NCBI GenBank assembly: GCA_001724265.1
Contig: MEDY01000042.1
Span: 1 to 64,000 of the forward strand
Reading direction: 5' to 3'
Length of the DNA: 64,000 bases
Source of the DNA: Rhizaria sp. SCN 62-66
Taxonomy: Eukaryota
In this document: positions 63,601-64,000 of the stretch, in pieces
Layout: every line of letters starts with the position of its first letter
Numbering within the stretch: position 1 is the stretch's first letter
Made by a program: the position numbers and the translations under genes
The notes under the pieces: generated by a model
The model's input: the letters and a program-made list of their open reading frames with translations, nothing else
Told to the model about the DNA's origin: nothing
Database searches by the model: none

Positions 63601-64000
63601 CGGCGCCGGCGTGCTCAAAGTCAAGACGCAGGCGGACGAAGTTAAATCGCATGCGGGCGAAGTCAAGCCGCCCCGGTCCACGTCGCGCCCTAAGACGGGC
63701 CGCGGCGGCGGTGCTGCTGCTGTTCAGAAGACTGCGAACATCTGTCAGAAGAAGACAGTGCATTGGGACGACGAAAGCAACAGCAACAGGAACACGAACA
63801 CTGAGAGCAGTGCCACATGCGGTGGGGCGAGCACCGCGACTGAGCCTGCGCCTAGCCCCACAGCTTCTGCCGCAGCTCCCCAGTCACAGCTGCCGTCACG
63901 GTCGCAGACTCAGACGCTGGCACAGAGTCAGGACGCGACTTTGGCTGCGTTAATGGCTCTACTGCAGCAGCCGCAGCCTCCCGCGGTTGCCGCTGCTTTG
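60647..64000 (+). CDS. Low-complexity hypothetical protein, >1,028 aa, runs off the window
   Basis: Exons 60647..60735, 60854..62300, 62453..>64000. Introns GTACGT...CACAG (phase 2) and GTACTT...TTTAG (phase 0, CTAAT branch-like site). The last exon (RAVLRRRKLLAVAKLRS...) is open to the window end and absent from the ORF track. Confidence 0.72.

Noticed and set aside
2486-64000. Many overlapping antisense and off-frame ORFs of 60-470 aa (e.g. 50214..51620 +, 48842..49573 +, 47000..48229 -)
   Set aside because: Expected shadows of GC-rich, codon-biased genes; Arg/Ala-rich translations with no motifs.
1-64000. CRISPR array, prophage, transposon or rRNA
   Set aside because: The repeats have no spacers; no transposase, RT, integrase or rRNA signatures seen; the gene content is eukaryotic.

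Overview
Left end of a chromosome from a GC-rich, intron-containing unicellular eukaryote (lineage not determinable here). It opens with about 10 copies of a non-canonical telomere repeat (CCCTAATAA = TTATTAGGG) joined directly to coding-like sequence. GC-rich genes separated by AT-rich spacers follow: a ~6,270-aa low-complexity protein broken by one apparent frameshift, a degenerate gene, a DUSP-type ubiquitin-specific protease (~2,770 aa), a greatly expanded TTC14-like protein (~5,009 aa), PCNA, a Tudor-like/UVR/mitochondrial-carrier fusion, a coiled-coil protein and two Q/A-rich unknowns. The main signal is the genetic code. Every in-frame stop inside an otherwise continuous coding frame is TAG (4 in the USP gene, 1 in the TTC14-like gene, 2 in the intact segment of the degenerate gene), while all 8 apparent gene ends are TAA or TGA. 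This points to UAG being read as a sense codon (Gln most plausible from context) with UAA/UGA kept as stops. It is an inference from manual reading and needs RNA-seq, proteomic and genome-wide tests.
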